A DNA stretch of 27,774 nt from the NCBI GenBank assembly GCA_048885525.1, contig JBHLLP010000047.1, forward strand, positions 1 to 27,774. Reading direction: 5' to 3'. Below are positions 25,115 through 27,774 of this stretch, piece by piece. Each line of letters begins with the position of its first letter. Position 1 is the first letter of the stretch. The DNA comes from Candidatus Hermodarchaeota archaeon. Its GTDB lineage: Archaea > Asgardarchaeota > Lokiarchaeia > Sigyniarchaeales > SOKP01. The notes beneath the pieces were generated by a model. That model did no database searches, was not told the DNA's origin, and saw only the letters and a program-made list of their open reading frames with translations. The translations under genes were made by a program, and so were the position numbers.

Positions 25115-27619
25115 ATGAGTAACACCAATGTGAATCATTCTTACCAAAAAAGAGTCCCAAAATTCCCTATTGCTCAACCTCTTGATCTTTCTCCTCGGTC
25201 TAAATGGCTTAGGGATTATTACTTTAAGGGATTAGAAAGAGAATGGAATAATCAATATATGTCATTTACAACAGGAACAGATTGGGATATCGTTTTTCAT
25301 GAGGGAGATTGGTATATTAATCCCGAAGTGTATTATTATATCCAAATATTAGGAAAAAATGATAAAGGTGTATTTGCTTCATGTTATAGATCAATGGCTA
25401 TACCTGTTGAATTACCGGATAATTTTTGGGAATTATCTTTACCAGAACGTAGAGCAACTTTTCTCGAAAATGTTATGCTTGATTATATTCCTCATGAAAT
25501 TATTTCTGAAAACGATTTAATTGCAGGCGGAAGATTTAATACTCAATTAGGCAGATGTTTTAACGAGGAAGAAGCAAAAGAATATTGGAAGAAAAACATA
25601 AGAAATAGAGAAGCTGTTTTTAAGTACCATAAATCTGGATTCGGAAATCTAGGAGCAGTTCCAGGTCATATTATACCTGATTATGAAACTGTGGTTAAAA
25701 AAGGATTTAAATATATTTATGATAAAGCTAAGAAAAAATACAATAGGCTTAGTGATGCGGAAAAAAGTGGACCTAAAGGAGAAGAACTTAGGGCAATGAT
25801 GATTTCAGCAGAAATTCCAAGGAAATTAGCAAAAAAGTATGCTGAAGAATGTCAAAGATTAAAAAAAGAAGCTACAAAACCTGAAATTGTTGAACAATTT
25901 GAACAAATGACAAAAAATTTGGAAAGAGTGCCATGGGAACCAGCTGAGACTTTTTGGCAAGGAATTCAAGCAGTTTGGCTCACTCACATGTTAGTAATGG
26001 CTGAAGAATCATATCCAGGACCAGGTTTATCTTTTGGAAGAATTGATCAGTACCTATGGGATTTGTATAAAAAGGATGTCATTGAGCAAAAATTAATTAC
26101 CAAAGAATTCACAAAAGATATCTTAGGTTGTTTTTGGTTTCACTGTAATACTGTATATGATGCAATGATTAGAGTCGGTAATCAGGGAATCTTATCCGGA
26201 TATGGTCAAATTATAACACTTTCTGGGTGTGGGCCAAATGGAGAGGATTTAACAAATGAACTTACATACACTATTCTGGAAGTCATAGATTCATGGTATC
26301 CGAGTCTTGAGCCTAAACCTAATGTAAGAATTCATAGAAATTCTCCAGATAAACTCATAGAAATATTGGTAAATATGATTGCTAGAGCTCAAGGTGCTCC
26401 ATTCATTCTGAACTTTGACGAGAGAAGTATTGCTGGAATGATTAAAGAAGGTATTGCTAAAGAAGAAGCTTGGAATTATGGGGTAGTGGGTTGCCTAGAA
26501 AATACTATGCAAGGTAATGATAGAAGTGGAACTGTAAATTGTAATCCTAATTTAACTAAATCTATTGAGTTGACATTATGGAATGGTAAAAATATGCCTG
26601 GAAATGATAATGCTACTAAACCTGGCGAAAAAATTGGACCAGAAACTGGAGATCCTGAAAATTTCCAAGCATGGGAAGAATTTTATAACGCGTGGAAAGA
26701 ACAAGTGAAGTTTATTATTAAATACACTGTAGAGATAAATAATTTATGCGAAGAACTTCGGGGTGATTTCATTCGCACTCCATACCTATCATCGATAGTT
26801 CGAGGATGTATAGAACAAGGTTTAGATATTATAAATGGTGGACCTGAATTAAGATTTGTAACTGTTGAAGGAGTAGGATTTGCAACAACAGTAGATTCAT
26901 TATTATCAATTAAGAAGCTTGTATTTGATGATAAGAAATACACAATATCACAAATTAAAGACGCTATTAAAAATGATTTCAAGGGAAACGAAATAATGCA
27001 AAGTTACATGATAAATAAAACTCCTAAATACGGAAATGACGAGGATGATGCTGATAAATTTGCTAAAATAGTAATGGAAGTATGGTCTGAAGAATGTTGG
27101 AAATATAGAACACCAACTAATTATCAATATCGTCCTGGAATGTTATCATGGAACTACTGGGCTGGAGCAGATGCTAGTTATACAATAGCAACACCAAATG
27201 GTCGAAATAAGGGATCATTTCTATCAAATGCAATTTGTCCTACTGATGGAGTTGATAAAAAAGGACCCACAGCAGTTACTAATTCTGTTGGTAAAGTATT
27301 AGGAGGAAAAACTGAAATTGGAGATTATATTAATTATTTACCCAATGGAGCAAGCCATACAATTACGTTTAATCCGTCAATTATTGAAGATCCAGAACAT
27401 AAAGAGAAATTTAAATCTTATTTGAGAGGGTATATAGAAAATGGAGGGACCGCCTTACAAGTTAATATGCTTGATGCTGAGATGTTGAAAGATGCTCAAA
27501 AACATCCCGAAAATTATAAAAATCTTTTAGTTAGAGTAACAGGTTATAATGCTTACTTTACCACCATTGGTAGAGAATTACAGGATGAGATAATCGCAAG
27601 AGAATCTCATAGAATTTAA
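25115..27619 (+). CDS. Glycyl-radical enzyme (PFL-like family, substrate unknown)
   Basis: C-terminal LLVRVTGYNAYF glycyl loop, GCLE thiyl loop, SFGRIDQY, PKYGND and ATPNGR. Confidence 0.92.
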   Translation: MSNTNVNHSYQKRVPKFPIAQPLDLSPRSKWLRDYYFKGLEREWNNQYMSFTTGTDWDIVFHEGDWYINPEVYYYIQILGKNDKGVFASCYRSMAIPVELPDNFWELSLPERRATFLENVMLDYIPHEIISENDLIAGGRFNTQLGRCFNEEEAKEYWKKNIRNREAVFKYHKSGFGNLGAVPGHIIPDYETVVKKGFKYIYDKAKKKYNRLSDAEKSGPKGEELRAMMISAEIPRKLAKKYAEECQRLKKEATKPEIVEQFEQMTKNLERVPWEPAETFWQGIQAVWLTHMLVMAEESYPGPGLSFGRIDQYLWDLYKKDVIEQKLITKEFTKDILGCFWFHCNTVYDAMIRVGNQGILSGYGQIITLSGCGPNGEDLTNELTYTILEVIDSWYPSLEPKPNVRIHRNSPDKLIEILVNMIARAQGAPFILNFDERSIAGMIKEGIAKEEAWNYGVVGCLENTMQGNDRSGTVNCNPNLTKSIELTLWNGKNMPGNDNATKPGEKIGPETGDPENFQAWEEFYNAWKEQVKFIIKYTVEINNLCEELRGDFIRTPYLSSIVRGCIEQGLDIINGGPELRFVTVEGVGFATTVDSLLSIKKLVFDDKKYTISQIKDAIKNDFKGNEIMQSYMINKTPKYGNDEDDADKFAKIVMEVWSEECWKYRTPTNYQYRPGMLSWNYWAGADASYTIATPNGRNKGSFLSNAICPTDGVDKKGPTAVTNSVGKVLGGKTEIGDYINYLPNGASHTITFNPSIIEDPEHKEKFKSYLRGYIENGGTALQVNMLDAEMLKDAQKHPENYKNLLVRVTGYNAYFTTIGRELQDEIIARESHRI

Positions 27620-27670
27620 AAATTATTAAATTTGACCAATTTTAAAAAAATATAGAATATATTTAAGAAA

Positions 27671-27774
27671 ATGGCAATATCTAAAGCTTTAATTTTCCAA
27701 ATTCAGAAATTTTCAACTGAAGATGGCCCAGGTATTAGAACAACTGTGTTTTTTAAAAAATGTCCATTAAAGTG
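27671..27774 (+). CDS. Glycyl-radical enzyme activating protein, 5' part (truncated by window edge)
   Basis: [34 protein letters not shown]..., the typical activase N-terminus running into the radical-SAM Cys motif. Confidence 0.92.
   Translation, partial: MAISKALIFQIQKFSTEDGPGIRTTVFFKKCPLK

Noticed and set aside
15590-26982. Short antisense ORFs inside the amidohydrolase, cofG, dehydrogenase, DHPS-like and GRE genes
   Set aside because: Fully nested opposite well-supported genes, with no independent evidence.

Overview
This is a very AT-rich, gene-dense archaeal window with poly-T terminators. Its gene content best fits Asgard archaea (Lokiarchaeia-like), which is an inference from gene content only. 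The centrepiece (about 5.9-13.9 kb) is a eukaryote-like ubiquitin-type conjugation locus with an unusual make-up. It has two paralogous free ubiquitin-like proteins with acidic, disordered N-tails that end in a single Gly (-IPASIAG*, -IPASTAG*), and a third copy of the same Ubl domain fused to a membrane anchor with no terminal Gly. It also has a winged-helix regulator, a UBA2/UBA3-type E1, a very basic E2, an Rpn11/CSN5-like JAMM protease and a ~6-TM membrane protein with a C-terminal RING-variant domain (Hrd1-like architecture). A long repeat coiled-coil protein lies next to it. The left flank has a tandem GNAT, a split-barrel flavin-binding protein, FtsZ, a small Zn-ribbon protein, EndoQ and a nucleotidyltransferase. 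The right flank has pterin/flavin/F420 cofactor genes (mptA, amidohydrolase, ribD-C-type reductase, cofG, cofH, DHPS-like, DUF1464), a CBS-fused amino-acid dehydrogenase, a rubredoxin-rubrerythrin and a glycyl-radical enzyme with the start of its activase. Two genes (mptA and the rubrerythrin) have conserved N-termini with no ATG/GTG/TTG in frame and appear to start at ATT. No RNA genes, CRISPR arrays or mobile elements were recognised.
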